A stretch of 64,000 nt of DNA from positions 66,092,001-66,156,000 of the forward strand of contig OX597824.1 of NCBI GenBank assembly GCA_951406725.2, in the 5' to 3' direction. The translations under genes were made by a program, and so were the position numbers. Shown one piece after another: positions 24,993-37,192 of this stretch. The number at the start of each line of letters is the position of its first letter. Position 1 is the stretch's first letter. The stretch comes from Octopus vulgaris. Lineage: Eukaryota. The notes below the pieces were generated by a model. The model did not search any database, was not told where the DNA came from, and saw only the letters and a program-made list of their open reading frames with translations.

Positions 24993-26149
24993 TAATAATA
25001 ACAAGCTGGACCTGTGAAAAATTCACAGAAAATGTGGGTATATGTGTATATGCACATGTATGTAAGCATATGGATATGAAAATAAACAGATCAACATACA
25101 GACGGATAGGTACATAGGTTGTATGAACAGACAAGCACACATATACAAATGGAGTCTGAAACACATGACCATATATACACACACACTTTACTTCACACGA
25201 GGACATATATGGAGACATATGTCCACACAAATGGAGATGCACATCCATGGTACATAGTTACAAAACACACACACACACACACACAAAGAGACAGAGGTGC
25301 ATACATATACAAACACAAGCACACACATACATACAGATGCACTCACATACATACATACGCATACACACACATATATACATGCATGCATAGGCACACACAC
25401 ACACACGTGCACAAACAAACAAAAAGGAATGCAGTGTGAATAACGGACCGAGTCAAGACAATTGGAAAGGTTGCAAGATGCAATGAAAATTTTAGGAAAA
25501 TAAAAATAAGTGTCCATACATGCATAGTGTTAAAATGAAGATGACTAACTCTATAGTTAAAACTAATGAAGAAATGAGTCAGTCAATGAGGGAGTTTATG
25601 TGGTTTGCTCAACCTGCTAGAAAAAGCAGCTAAATCTCCCTCAAACCTCATTCTACAGTCTTAATAAAGAGAGAACATAGAGGCTAATGGACCTAGATTG
25701 GCCTCACTAAAATTAAAAACCAAAAATGCAGGCATAACTGATTTGAAGCAAACCAGTAACATTTATTTGAAGAGGTGGCCACCAAATCTGTCAATGAGTT
25801 AACATTTCCAATGCACATGTAGCAAGATACAAGATCAGTTCCAACCACCATTTGAAGCAATTTCACATCTCCTACATCACAAATGTCTTATTTTATCTTC
25901 CCTGACATAATGGGCATTTGTGTCTCATTGCAACAAATGAGAGCAATATTTTCAAAACAATAAGTACGACCTAGTTATTAATCTGTAAGGTAGCCATCAT
26001 CACTTTTTCTCACTTGCTCACTCTCATTGCTCGTATTTTGCTACCTTGCAACATCACATTCTGTGTTCAAGGATTGTACAATCTACTCTTCATATGAAGA
26101 AACAATCCCATTGTTTACAAGAGCAATCAGCTAATTCTGTAGAATTTAA

Positions 26150-26345
26150 TCCAGTTTAAAATTTTCTCCCTGTTTTCTGTTCAAACTAGCTCAATCTGGC
26201 CTTTCATATCTACCTAACAATGTCATTCAAAACATAAGTAGTAACATTATCAAAATATCAAAGCTACAAGATAATGCATGATTACTTCAAATTAATATGA
26301 ATGAATATGTATTACATTTGACAGAATAATCTGAATGCTAAAGGG
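26150..26345 (-). mobile_element. piggyBac-type MITE fragment
   Basis: End AAAGGG|TTAA at 26340-26349; inverted homolog of 40087-40300. Confidence 0.5.
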
Positions 26346-26441
26346 TTAATAGTATGACAGAAACTGGTTAAATTTTAAAAGCCCAGTAGGACAGGAAAAT
26401 GTTCCGAGTCAGAGGAAAAATGTTAAGCAGAAGGTCATTAC

Positions 26442-26549
26442 CTTTAAGTGTATAGTTGTGGTTCTTTGATGTACAAATCAGTCGACTAATACCATCTATC
26501 ACCTGGCTTTTGGACTCTGGATCTTTGGATTTCTTCCCAATTCGCATAA
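26442..26549 (-). CDS. PACS: PACS exon (phase 1 to 1)
   Basis: ttatttcag|TT ... AAAG|gtaatg; IMRIGKKSKDPESKSQVIDGISRLICTSKNHNYTLK, cf. PACS SKSQVIEGISRLIC. Confidence 0.96.
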
Positions 26550-26861
26550 CTGAAATAACAGAACATTACATATAAAACATTTTTAACATATACACTTAAA
26601 TCATAATCATTATTAGTACATGTCTGTGTGTGTGTGTGTGATGAAATTGACTAACCCTATTGCTTCTATTTCAGGCTTTGTGCCTACATTGGAAAGTTAT
26701 TATTGGTATAGTATAGCAGAAAGCATAATTTCTAGATGGGTTGTAAAATGCCTTAACTATATATATATATATATACTAGATAATAAAATGGCTTATACCT
26801 GGGAGCTTACTGATAAAGCACAATCACTTTCATAGTATCTGTTTTGTATTCGCTTAATGAG

Positions 26862-26973
26862 AGACAGAAGATGGAAGATACAACAATTTTTGATTTCATG
26901 AGGGATCGCTGCTAGATGGGTGGAAACAATTGTAGTGATTAATAAAAATTCTCGCATCTTCCATCTTCTGTCT
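26862..26973. repeat. Fold-back / MITE-like inverted repeat
   Basis: Perfect 18-bp IR AGACAGAAGATGGAAGAT (26862-26879) and ATCTTCCATCTTCTGTCT (26956-26973), extending imperfectly inward. Confidence 0.7.
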
Positions 26974-27234
26974 TATTGGTGCCATGTTAAGGGAAGTAAC
27001 TCAGATTGAGTAAGAAAAACCGGTGGTAGTTATAGTAGTGGGAGAGACCTGTATAATCTGCATGTGTCACCAACACTCATTACCATTTATTACAAATGAA
27101 TATCACCATTGCCATGAATACAAACAACATACATTACCACTACCATTTCTTTTGTCTTTTTTTTCAACCTGCTTATTCTATTTCTCTCTCTCTCCTTTCC
27201 TTTGGTGTTTTCCTTTTCACAGTTTTATATCTGA

Positions 27235-27599
27235 CTAGCACTATGACCCAGCAACGCCGGGTCATAGTGCTAGTGCATGCATATACAACTGCATGCGTGC
27301 GCACATACATGCGAGTACTGTCAAACTCTCCGACCAATCACATACAGCTAGCTGGCATTCAATTGGCATATCAAGTTTCGGGCATTTTGATTGGGTTTTG
27401 GATAGAAAATTCACAAAAAGGTCACTTCTATTGATTTTTTTAATGGCTTTGCAAAGAGACTGAGGAAATATAAAGATGTGCATGACCACCCTTGGACAGT
27501 TTTGAATGACCATAGAAAGTGCGAGCCCTCTAACTGAAAAATTGTGGATTTGTATAAAGGACACACACAGACATTTTGCTGTTTATATATATATAGAGA
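27235..27599 (-). mobile_element. Non-autonomous Helitron (365 bp)
   Basis: On the minus strand it begins TC, ends CTAG, sits between host A and T with no TSD seen, and has a 16-bp perfect terminal hairpin (27234-27274). Confidence 0.8.
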
Positions 27600-27781
27600 T
27601 AATGTTTACACTAAGTGAAATATATTTTTCATTTATTTTACAACTCTCACATCACAATAAATGAATGACTGACTGTCTTTTGCTCTGCATCTGTGTGTCT
27701 CATTGCAAAGTGCAACAAGATAATCTCAGTGCAATAGTACATGACATCCCCAACACACACAAACCTTAATTAAAAACTTAC

Positions 27782-28056
27782 TTTTCTGTTTCTTCTCCTT
27801 GGTTACGACTCCCATACAGAAACCAGCAGAAATGGGCATCTCACTGGGGGCTGGAGGAAGACGATAGACGTGAAGGGAGCGGAATGCAGTCTTCAGTGAA
27901 CACTTGTTCGACTCTTTCTTGTTAATGCGATCTTTGTCACTAGTTTCTGACTTGGAAGCCAGAGTCCAGTACTCCACTTGTAGCTCCATGTACTCTGACG
28001 ACTGGGTGGTGGCTGTGAGGAAAGGCAGGGCAGCAGATGCTGGCACGGATTGCTGA
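27782..28056 (-). CDS. PACS: PACS exon (phase 2 to 1)
   Basis: cccttctctccag|T ... GAAAA|gtaagt; EYMELQVEYW...SLKTAFRSLHVYRLP...MGVVTKEKKQK, cf. PACS LQVDYW, LKSVFRS.QVSRLP, VVTKEKNKK. Confidence 0.96.
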
Positions 28057-28617
28057 CTGGAGAGAAGGGGAACAAAAAAACTGAAATTATAAAGAAGTGT
28101 CATCATTCAGGAAAAAAAGGGGGAGGGATAAGAATGATAGAAAACGTATATAAAGAGATGGGGGATAAGTAAGATATAGAGGGATGACATAGAAGTAAAG
28201 ATAACACTCCATAGAATAGATAGAACATAGAAGAACCTATCACAATTAAAAGAAAACAGGAATCCTGATGCTTTTATGAAAGTAATATGAAATATATAAA
28301 AAGAATAACACGAGAACAAAGTTTGACAAATATGGTATTAGGTTAAAGTTCCAGATGGAGAATGAAAGTGTCTTAATGTTTCAGACATTTGTCCTTCAAA
28401 AGGAAAAATGTGAAGAGAGAGAAAGAGAGAGAGAGAGAGAGAATATAAGGTGGTATCTCTTTTCCACTATAGCTATATCATTACAGCTATAAGTGTTATC
28501 ACTTATCCCTGTATCTTACCACTTTATTTCTCCTGCCTCAAGAAAGTTATATTTGTGTATCTTCCTTCTTTTAGTATGGTTATATTATTTTTATTATTCA
28601 TGCCAGACCCCCCCCCC

Positions 28618-28813
28618 CTGGCACCTGTGCAGGTGGCATGTAAAAAGCACCCACTACACTCGCGGAGTGGTTGGCGTTAGGAAGGGCATCCAGCTGTAGA
28701 AACTCTGCCAGATCAGACTGGAGCCTGGAGCAGCCCCTGGCTTCCCAGACACCGGTCGAACCGTCCAACCCGTGCTAGCACGGAAAACGGACGTTAAATG
28801 ATGATGATGATGA
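28618..28813 (+). mobile_element. SINE/LINE 3' module ending in (GAT)n
   Basis: GTGGTTGGCGTTAGGAAGGGCATCCAGCTGTAGAAAC...GGACGTTAAATGATGATG; related copies near 18890, 35845, 42000, 50230, 61330. Confidence 0.75.
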
Positions 28814-29599
28814 ATTGTAGCAATACGGTTCTCTCACTCTATTAACTTCATTTAGTGTAGTAACACCATTGTATTTCCATCATAACCCAGTAATAGATGT
28901 ATCACTATCCTTTATGTTCATTCACTGAATGAACTTGCAGGTTTCCTAGTACAGTTGTTAAAAAAATCTTTCCTACTCCTTCCTACATTGTCTTAGGAAT
29001 ATACCATTTAATCAAGACTTTTAATAAGATAACCTCTCAAGAGTACAATAGATTCAAAGGAGGTTATTCTCCCAATGTTTCTCCCTAATTTTTAGCTGTG
29101 GGTGTGCACAAAAATTTGTTGGCAAATTTTGTCTGTTTTTGCTAAGTGTATGCACATTCATACAAATAACCATCTTCAATTTTAAGAAATTTGATTTTAT
29201 CTTGAAAACTTTGTGTGTGCACAAAGGGAACATTGGTTACTGTTATTTAGTATGAGCAAGGGGAATGTCTTTTATAAACTCAAAATATTTTGTATACTGT
29301 ACTGGTGGAACATTTTTTTACAGTTAAATGCCTAATGTTCAATCAAGCTGTTTAAAGTACACTACTTACATAGAAGCACAATAACAACTCAACCTGATAG
29401 ACATAGCAGTCAGGACTCCCTAAAATTCTTACACACTGTCCCCAAATCACATGAACCAGGGTCCTAGATATAATACACACCCTCCTCCAAAAAGAAATTG
29501 GGATGGTTATGGCGAGAATGCCATCAAAAGATGAAAGTTCAACCTGCGAAAATATAGAGTATAACATATGGTGGTTGAATATTCCTTGTAGAAACAGAG

Positions 29600-30000
29600 A
29601 ATGAAGACTCTGCAGGAAACAGATAAGATGGTTGCAAATTCTGGTGCTGTTGTCAGTTTGAGAGACTGGTCAATAGAGTAGTAACGTTTTGCCTAGTCAG
29701 ACACAAGCATTAACTAATAATACACTCCAAACTCCGGTCGACACTTGTGCTGTTTTTTTTTCAATTTCTTTTCTATTGCTACTACACTGGCCTTTGATCC
29801 TTGGAGCTGTTTAATCTTGTCATCTCCAACAATGTGCACCAGGCTCACTCATCTCTCCTAACTGTATGTACTCCTATTCTTATCATCTAACCTTCCTCTC
29901 CATCAAGGCTCCTGTATTAAACACTGTGAAATCCTTTTCCACAACATATCATCCCCTGGAAACTCTCTCGGTCCATCTTTTTCCAGTCACCATTCAATTG
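29600..30000 (+). mobile_element. Degenerate CR1-like LINE 3' fragment
   Basis: Remnants resembling LQ.L..R...FY.YY.G and ..WNSL; many lesions. Confidence 0.4.
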
Positions 30001-30100
30001 CATTATTCTAGAAGTTCATTAACTGCACTGATCTAATCATGAAATAAAAACTTGAAAATGAAGAAACAGACAAAATGTAGTTAGAGTAATAGTTAGTTAC

Positions 30101-30171
30101 CTCAAATCACCATAGCATTAGGTCAAGAGGTGGAGCTATTGGGTAGTAGAGCACACTATCACACATAACTT
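30101..30171 (-). other. PACS: Candidate alternative PACS exon with in-frame stop (71 nt)
   Basis: Acceptor cattcgtcccctctgcag|A, donor GAG|gtaact. Entered in phase 2 it reads R-S-Y-V-stop. Confidence 0.45.
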
Positions 30172-30335
30172 CTGCAGAGGGGACGAATGTAGTGGCAGGA
30201 ATGATAAAATTAACAAAGAAATCATTGGTTTACAATATACTAGCAGCCAAGTGAACTGGATCCCTCACAGTACAAATATGACATTACAAAACCCTGCCTA
30301 TATTTACCTGCTAAATCAAAAATAAAAACACTTAC

Positions 30336-30474
30336 CTCTGGCTGGGGGACATTAAACTAACATTTGGTGAATTTGGTGGAGTGTGATGCCCGTCTTTGGT
30401 TTTCTCTGTTGGCGCCACTTGAGATGGCGGTGAACCTGACAGTGTTGGGCAGGTCACAGACTCCTCGATATCTA
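30336..30474 (-). CDS. PACS: PACS exon (phase 1 to 2), S/T/P-rich
   Basis: gactttccag|TAG (NAGNAG) ... CAGAG|gtaagt; VDIEESVTCPTLSGSPPSQVAPTEKTKDGHHTPPNSPNVSLMSPSQ. Confidence 0.93.
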
Positions 30475-31196
30475 CTGGAAAGTCAAACAATATTTAGTTT
30501 GTAAACACAACAAAAGGTTCCTATTTCTTTGAGTGCATTATTAAAGTTTATACACTAAAATTATATAATAGAAATATATGACATGTCTATTTATTTCCAT
30601 GTTATTTAAAGCAGCTCTCATGATATTTTTAAGGATTGGGTGCTTTTCTGTTTAATTTTACAAAAACACTGCAGCAATAAAGTAGTTCAAGGTTTCAGAT
30701 GACTTGGAAAAGTAAATTTTAAAATTCCTGCTAAAGCTGGGATGTATAATGTTATTCATCACTCCTAGTATTAATCTCCTGATGAAGGCTATAGGTCCTT
30801 AACATCAGGTGTTATCTCTTTGCCAGGATCAAGGTACTCTGTCCAGGAACAATTAAGATTTGAAACTGTTGAAATTTTGAAAATTTTTAGCTGATAATTG
30901 ATGAAAGATTGAGTGTTTGCATTTGTTTGTGCTGTTTTATCATTTCCTCCATAAATTTCTTTGACATCCTTCCTTTGCTACCTTTTACGTTATAGTATAT
31001 ATAAAATTCCAGTGTATGTACAACATACTAAGATCATATTATTGTGGTACCTATGACATGTCTATATCTCCATACTTTATATATATATATTAATTAAAGA
31101 TAGTTATGGCCGGTCTACCCCATAGACTAACCATAACTATCTTTATCTAATTACAATACAACTTAGAGTGTGCATCTCTTTTGGATTTATGATTTA

Positions 31197-31262
<66 letters not shown>

Positions 31263-31750
31263 GTTCATGCACGCACGCATGTACATACACATACTTCATA
31301 ACCATTATATATGCATTAATGCTGCCTTGTAATATACATACGTTCTTCTCAATCTGATGTGTACAGTTGACTAAAAGGATGAATGACACCTTAGTTTAAA
31401 TATATAATCTAGTTTACCTTATACATGACAAATATTTCAAGCATACACATTTCTAGCTCATTACATATTGAGCACTTTAGCTTTTGTGCCACGAAATTAA
31501 CAAAAATAATATTTAAAATCTGTGTGTGTGTGTGTGTATATATATTTCAACCTAGAGGGAAGGGCAGTACCCATGACCTTTACAGGGTCTCTGCAACTGG
31601 TGGGAGAGAGCAGGAGACCTGGTCTGAATGCTGTTAGTCAATCTTTGGAGTTTTCCCTATGTATTGCATTATCTATTTAGTTGAGACTGAAGAGGGTGTT
31701 CAAGGGATTTAAAAATTACTTAAGGAAAGAAAGAAGGACGAAAATCTTAC

Positions 31751-31790
31751 CTGATGCATTTAGATAATCAGGGGAACCAATCTTCACCTC
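31751..31790 (-). CDS. PACS: PACS exon (40 nt, phase 0 to 1)
   Basis: ttttctattgcag|GAG ... TCAG|gtaaga; EVKIGSPDYLNAS, cf. PACS VVKVG. Confidence 0.92.
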
Positions 31791-32270
31791 CTGCAATAGA
31801 AAAATAAATACTATCAGAGATATGCATGTAAATGATTGTGTGTGTGCATGTATACACACATATGAATCGTGCAGACATGACCCTGTAGTTAGGAAGTTTG
31901 CTTTGTAAACATGAGGTCCTGACTTTGGACATACTGCCCAGCTCCTTGGGCAAATGTCTTCTATCATAGCATCCACTCAATCCAAACTTTGTGTGAGTGA
32001 AATTGAGCAAGTGGAAATGTGTGTGGCCCATTTCATGGTGTATACCTGTAATTCCAAGTGCCCAGCTTTGCTACAATAACATGTTGACACTGCTTGAAGA
32101 TTATGTTAAGAGCACATGTAGCTGTTAAATAGTGTCATCGACTGAACAACTGCAATACACATTGTCAATGCTAACAGAGGACCCATTTATGTACATATAT
32201 GAGTGTGTCTAAAAGGCTGATAAGGATAGAGACAAAAGTGTTAGAGTCTGGAATCAAAAGATTTACTTAC

Positions 32271-32313
32271 ACTGATGAAAGGAATAAATATTTGTGTTGA
32301 CTCTTCATCACTG
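32271..32313 (-). CDS. PACS: PACS exon (43 nt, phase 2 to 0)
   Basis: ttctactttcag|CAG (NAGNAG) ... AGT|gtaagt; SDEESTQIFIPFIS, cf. PACS DEDSYQKFIPFIG. Confidence 0.94.
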
Positions 32314-34887
32314 CTGAAAGTAGAAAATTGTAGAAAAAGTGTCAGACAGAGGATACAGAGATAAACATATTGGAAGCTAAATCAATCTCTTAATTTTACA
32401 TATTGCAAATTAAATTTACTTCACCAAAAGATATCCTTGAAAGGACAAGAATAGAGAGAGAGGATAAAATATAAATGTTAGTAAAACTTTGAGAGAAGAA
32501 TCTACATTAAAACTGAAATAGCTATGTAGTTGAGAAGTTTGTTTCATAACCATATGGTCATGACATTTTGAGACCACATTGACTGGTTGTCAAATATCTT
32601 CTATTATAACCTCAAGTTAACCAAGAACTTATGTGTGGAATTTGGTAAGCTGTTTAGAAACTAATTTTGTGTGTGTGTGTGTTTATGGTATAAGAACTGT
32701 AGTAATTTATGTTAGTATTCTTCCATGTCTTATGATTTAGCAGTTCAACAACAGATAGAGATTTATAAAATAAGTACCAGGTTGAAGTAAGTACAAGAAT
32801 CAATAAGCAATACTGTCGTACCACATTCAAAGCTAAACTCTTGACAGTGGTACTTATCATGAATGAAAACCAGTGAAAAAATAAAAGAACAAATACATAT
32901 ATACACAGAAAGGAATAATAGAGATCATAACAGCTGTAATTTTATACATTGGCAAAAAAACAACAAAAAAAAGTTGAAAGGGTGTTGGGCTCTAGTGATT
33001 TCAACCCCAGTATTTACTGGTGATTATTTGATGGATCTCAGAAAAATGAAAAGCCAAAGTAGTGGAACCTAGTGAATTTCAAGTATGACAGGAAAAATGT
33101 AAGTAAACAGCATTTTGGTTTTTATTATTCATTTTAGCAATCTTCATTAAACAAACAACTTCAATAACAACTAACAGATTCCATTTGAGTTACAATCCTT
33201 ATAACTATTGATGGAGCATACATTTAGAAACATATATTTGGGAACACAAAATCTCATGCCTTCAAAAAACCAATTTGACCTTTGTATCATATAGAATCAT
33301 AAAATTATCAAAGTAAAATGACCAAAGAAAAACAGACATTTTCCCATTTTATGGTTTTAGATACATACTTGTAATTTACAAGCAAAATTACTCTAGATAT
33401 TATTTGTAAATAGATATTTATTGATATTTCTAGCGAGGTTTGCTCCAAATTATCTTATTCATTAATGTTCATAGAATCAACCCTTATCTCTCACAGCCAC
33501 CATTAATACCTTGCAATCTATGAATTTCTATCAGTTCCAGTTTATTTATTTTTTATTTATTTTGTGATCTGTTTCTCTTCCAGTATGTCTCATCCAACAA
33601 ATTTCACCGTAAAGACTTCACTCAATCTCCCCCACACCACACCACACCACCACCCGATCAACTTTCAAGAATACTTTTCCAGTTAAATTTCTCTTCAGTA
33701 GAAGTTGAATTTTGCAACAACACTGACCTCACATCACTCCATAGAGTTTGTCCCCTTCTTTGCACCACACACACATTAGAGAATGTGCGTAGCCTGGTGC
33801 AATCACAAAATCATGGTTTCGATTCCCCGAACAGCAATGCATTGTGATCTTGAGCAAAACACTTCATTTCACATTCCTTCAATCTATTCAGCTGTAAATG
33901 GGTAACCTTGTAAATGGATTGGCGTTCCATTCAAAAGTGAGGTTGCCCTTGCTTGCCTATCTGCAAAGTGACACTATCTGAAAGCTCCACCAATGCAAAG
34001 AAGTGAATTGTGATCAGTGGTGTATAGCATGTGATAGTCTGGTCAATATAGTGATACATATGTAAGATACCATGAATAAAATTTCTTCAGATAAATCTAG
34101 ATAAATATAGCTACATTTTTTTTTAACTAAAGAGAAAATTTAAACAACTGCACTTTAGCTCCCAACTTATTTGGTGTGTCTGTCTCATCCTGTATGGTAA
34201 CCCACTTATGCTGTCTTGGCATATGTAGAGAACATTGTTATGTTCTACATAACATGCTGAATAATGGTTAAATTTTCAATCTTTTAAAGCAAATGACCCA
34301 AAGCTGCTTTGATTCAACAATGCAAACTTGCACATAACACTCATATTTTTATAGTAATCAATCTACCATACAGTCATTTATTATACTGAAGGACAAATAC
34401 CCAGAAGGCAACCACATAAAGTTTATACCCAACAAAAGCAACAACATGTTCAACTGTAAAACTAATTTAAGCTGTACTCAAGTTGTGTCAAGAATATCAA
34501 GCCAGCTTAGAGATGTCTGAAATTGGCATCTTATTGAACACTCTTGTTTTAGAGTTTCTCAACTTGTGCAGATGGTGTGCTGTATGTTTAGAATAATCAG
34601 TATGTAATATCTTTGGACAGGTCCCCAGTTTGCAATGTATCAGAGCAGAGGCTATGTAAGCACCAGCAGAGTGTAGTTCAGTAATGTGGCTTCATATTGA
34701 TATAGTCCAGCTGATGCCAGCAACTTAAATGACAAGATATCTTGCAATCATGTGGATCACCCAAACTGAACATGAATGAACATGATGGTGATGATAATGA
34801 TAATAATAATAATAGCTTCTTTATTTTAAAATTATGAAAATAATTTTTGAAAATATGAACTAAATATATACATATATATATATATAA

Positions 34888-34928
<41 letters not shown>

Positions 34929-35369
34929 AAATAAGATATACAGAAAACTGCTGATGTATATTTCAGCCAAAATACACCTGTTTGTCTAAACAACTACAAA
35001 AATGCAGAAAGAACATAAATGGAACAAATTAAACATACATGCTAAAATATCAAAACTGATTCAAACTAAAATATTAACTTAAATAACAATAAAAAAAGTT
35101 TGTTGTCATACTATTGTTGCCTTCTTTTGAAACCAATATTTCAGCTTCTTAATTGCTGAGAAATTGAATTTTGTGAAAAATACCCTAAACATCATTTAAA
35201 TTATTAAAGCTGTGATGCAAATTGTGTATTTATCAGAACATGTAAATCAATGGAACAAAATGAAATGGCTTTCAAATGGAAAAGAAAAAAACAACAAAAA
35301 AAAACAAAAAAACATTTCTGTTGATGTGGATAGAAAATATAAAACCTCTTCATAACTGTCCTGCCGTAT

Positions 35370-35600
35370 AATATAAACTGTCAACATACTAGCTTGTCAG
35401 TATTAAGCTGTCAACATATTCCTTGTTAGTCATTATTAAATTGTCACCACATTTCTTGACAGTATTAAACTGTCAATATGTTCCTTGACATTTAGCATAT
35501 AACTGTAGACATATTCTTTGGCAATCAACATTAAACTGTCAACATATTCCTTACCATTCAGCATTAAACTATCACTATATTCCCTCTTCACAGTCAATGT
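35370..35600. repeat. Degenerate ~30-bp minisatellite
   Basis: About 7-8 copies of (CAG)TATTAAACTGTCAACATATTCCTTG; more decayed copies continue toward 36200. Confidence 0.75.
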
Positions 35601-36695
35601 ATTCACCTTTGACTGTTAACTTAGGTTTTCATTATATTTATAATTTTCAGTCAACATTCCACCCTACCACTTCAAGAAAGTGAACATTGAACTCTTGATC
35701 ACACATTTCTCCATTGTCAGCATTAGACTCTTAATAGTTTCTTCTCTAATAAACATTACCATACCAAACTACTTCCCTCAACTTATAAACTCAGTTGTTA
35801 ACATATTTCCTCTCTATAATCATTAATATACCATTATACATTCATGGTGTTAGGAAGGGCATCCAACTACAGAAACCAGCATTAGGGTAAGATGCAGTCC
35901 TTGGACCCATCAGATTTTGCCAAACTATCCAACCCATGCCAGCAAGTAACATGGATGTTAACTGATGATGAAGAGCCCCTCATTGTCAAGATTAAGCAAT
36001 ATATCAATTTCCTCTCTCAAGTCAATAATAATGTGTTAGAATCTTCCACAGTCAGTATGAAGTAGCTAAAATATAACCCACTTCACATCGAAACGTAAAA
36101 GGCCATACAATGCCTCACCATAATCAACATTAAGCTGACAGTATAATACACTTTTTAATTGACATTATATTGTCAAAAACTGATAAGTTTTAAGTAATAA
36201 GTCAACAAGTACTGAAAGGTCACTGTTATAAAACTATATGATTAAGTTACTAGAATAGCCTTCAAGGTCTCTCTCTCTCCATTGGAAATAAGGTTACAGC
36301 CTAATTTAAGTGTCAAGAGACTGGAGTTAGAAGCTCACCCTGCTATCACCAAGTCTCTAACAACTTCCAAAGGTGTCAATGTCCATAATGGTGGTGGAGG
36401 CTGAGTTGATACCTCCAAGAAGACAATCAATCCATTTTATTTTGAAGGAGACAGTAGCTATGTTGAGGATCAAGTGAAGGCTGGTGGCATAGCTCAACAA
36501 AAGAGTGACACACAGACAGACTAGAAGTTAAGAATCTAAGAAACACCGATGACTACTACAGTCTAATGAAGGGAATTAGTGCACTGAAGGTAGAAGTTAC
36601 TACAGGTGTGGCACAGGTACAAATATGTGGGGAGGGAGAGAACTCCAGGTAAACAACACTAGTCTAAGATCATTGGGAAAGAGGGATGAGAAAAC

Positions 36696-36735
<40 letters not shown>

Positions 36736-37117
36736 GCATTGATGAAGGTGATAATAATAATGATTTAGACAGTAACAACAACAGAGTTTACGGGGTGCCT
36801 AACAACTACAGTGCTAATTTAGTGAGATGCAGTTCCATGCTGGGTCTTGTTTAAATAAGGCCCTGCACATGCGCACACATGCACACGCACAAATTGACTA
36901 ATAGGTTAAAGTGCTACCACACTATGTTGTATAGATTACACACAACAAAGAAACACCGTGTGTGAAAATGTATGTGTGTGTATGGGAGAGAGGTGAGTGT
37001 AGGTTTATGTATGGGAGTGTGTGTATGTGTGGTACGGTGTTGGTTCATTCATGCCCAGAGTCATAAGGGAAACTTAATTCAGTGAGGACAGTGACAGTTT
37101 CACCTCATGTCGTTTAC

Positions 37118-37192
37118 CTGGTAGCAGTGGAGTGATGGTGGGAATAGAATCCATCTTGCCTCATAGGTTGCACACTTGATGATCTGGCTAGT
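37118..37192 (-). CDS. PACS: Candidate PACS cassette exon (75 nt, phase 2 to 2)
   Basis: ttcccttctttgcctgactctag|A ... CCAG|gtaaac; open in the required frame: (K)LARSSSVQPMRQDGFYSHHHSTAT(S). Confidence 0.55.

Noticed and set aside
24866-25525. Overlapping His/Thr/Tyr/Cys/Val-rich ORFs
   Set aside because: Translations of (AAT)n and CA/TA microsatellites.
30300-30335. Second donor (ttagcag|gtaaat) 28 nt past the 30336 donor
   Set aside because: Would frameshift, and is too close to define a separate intron or recursive site.
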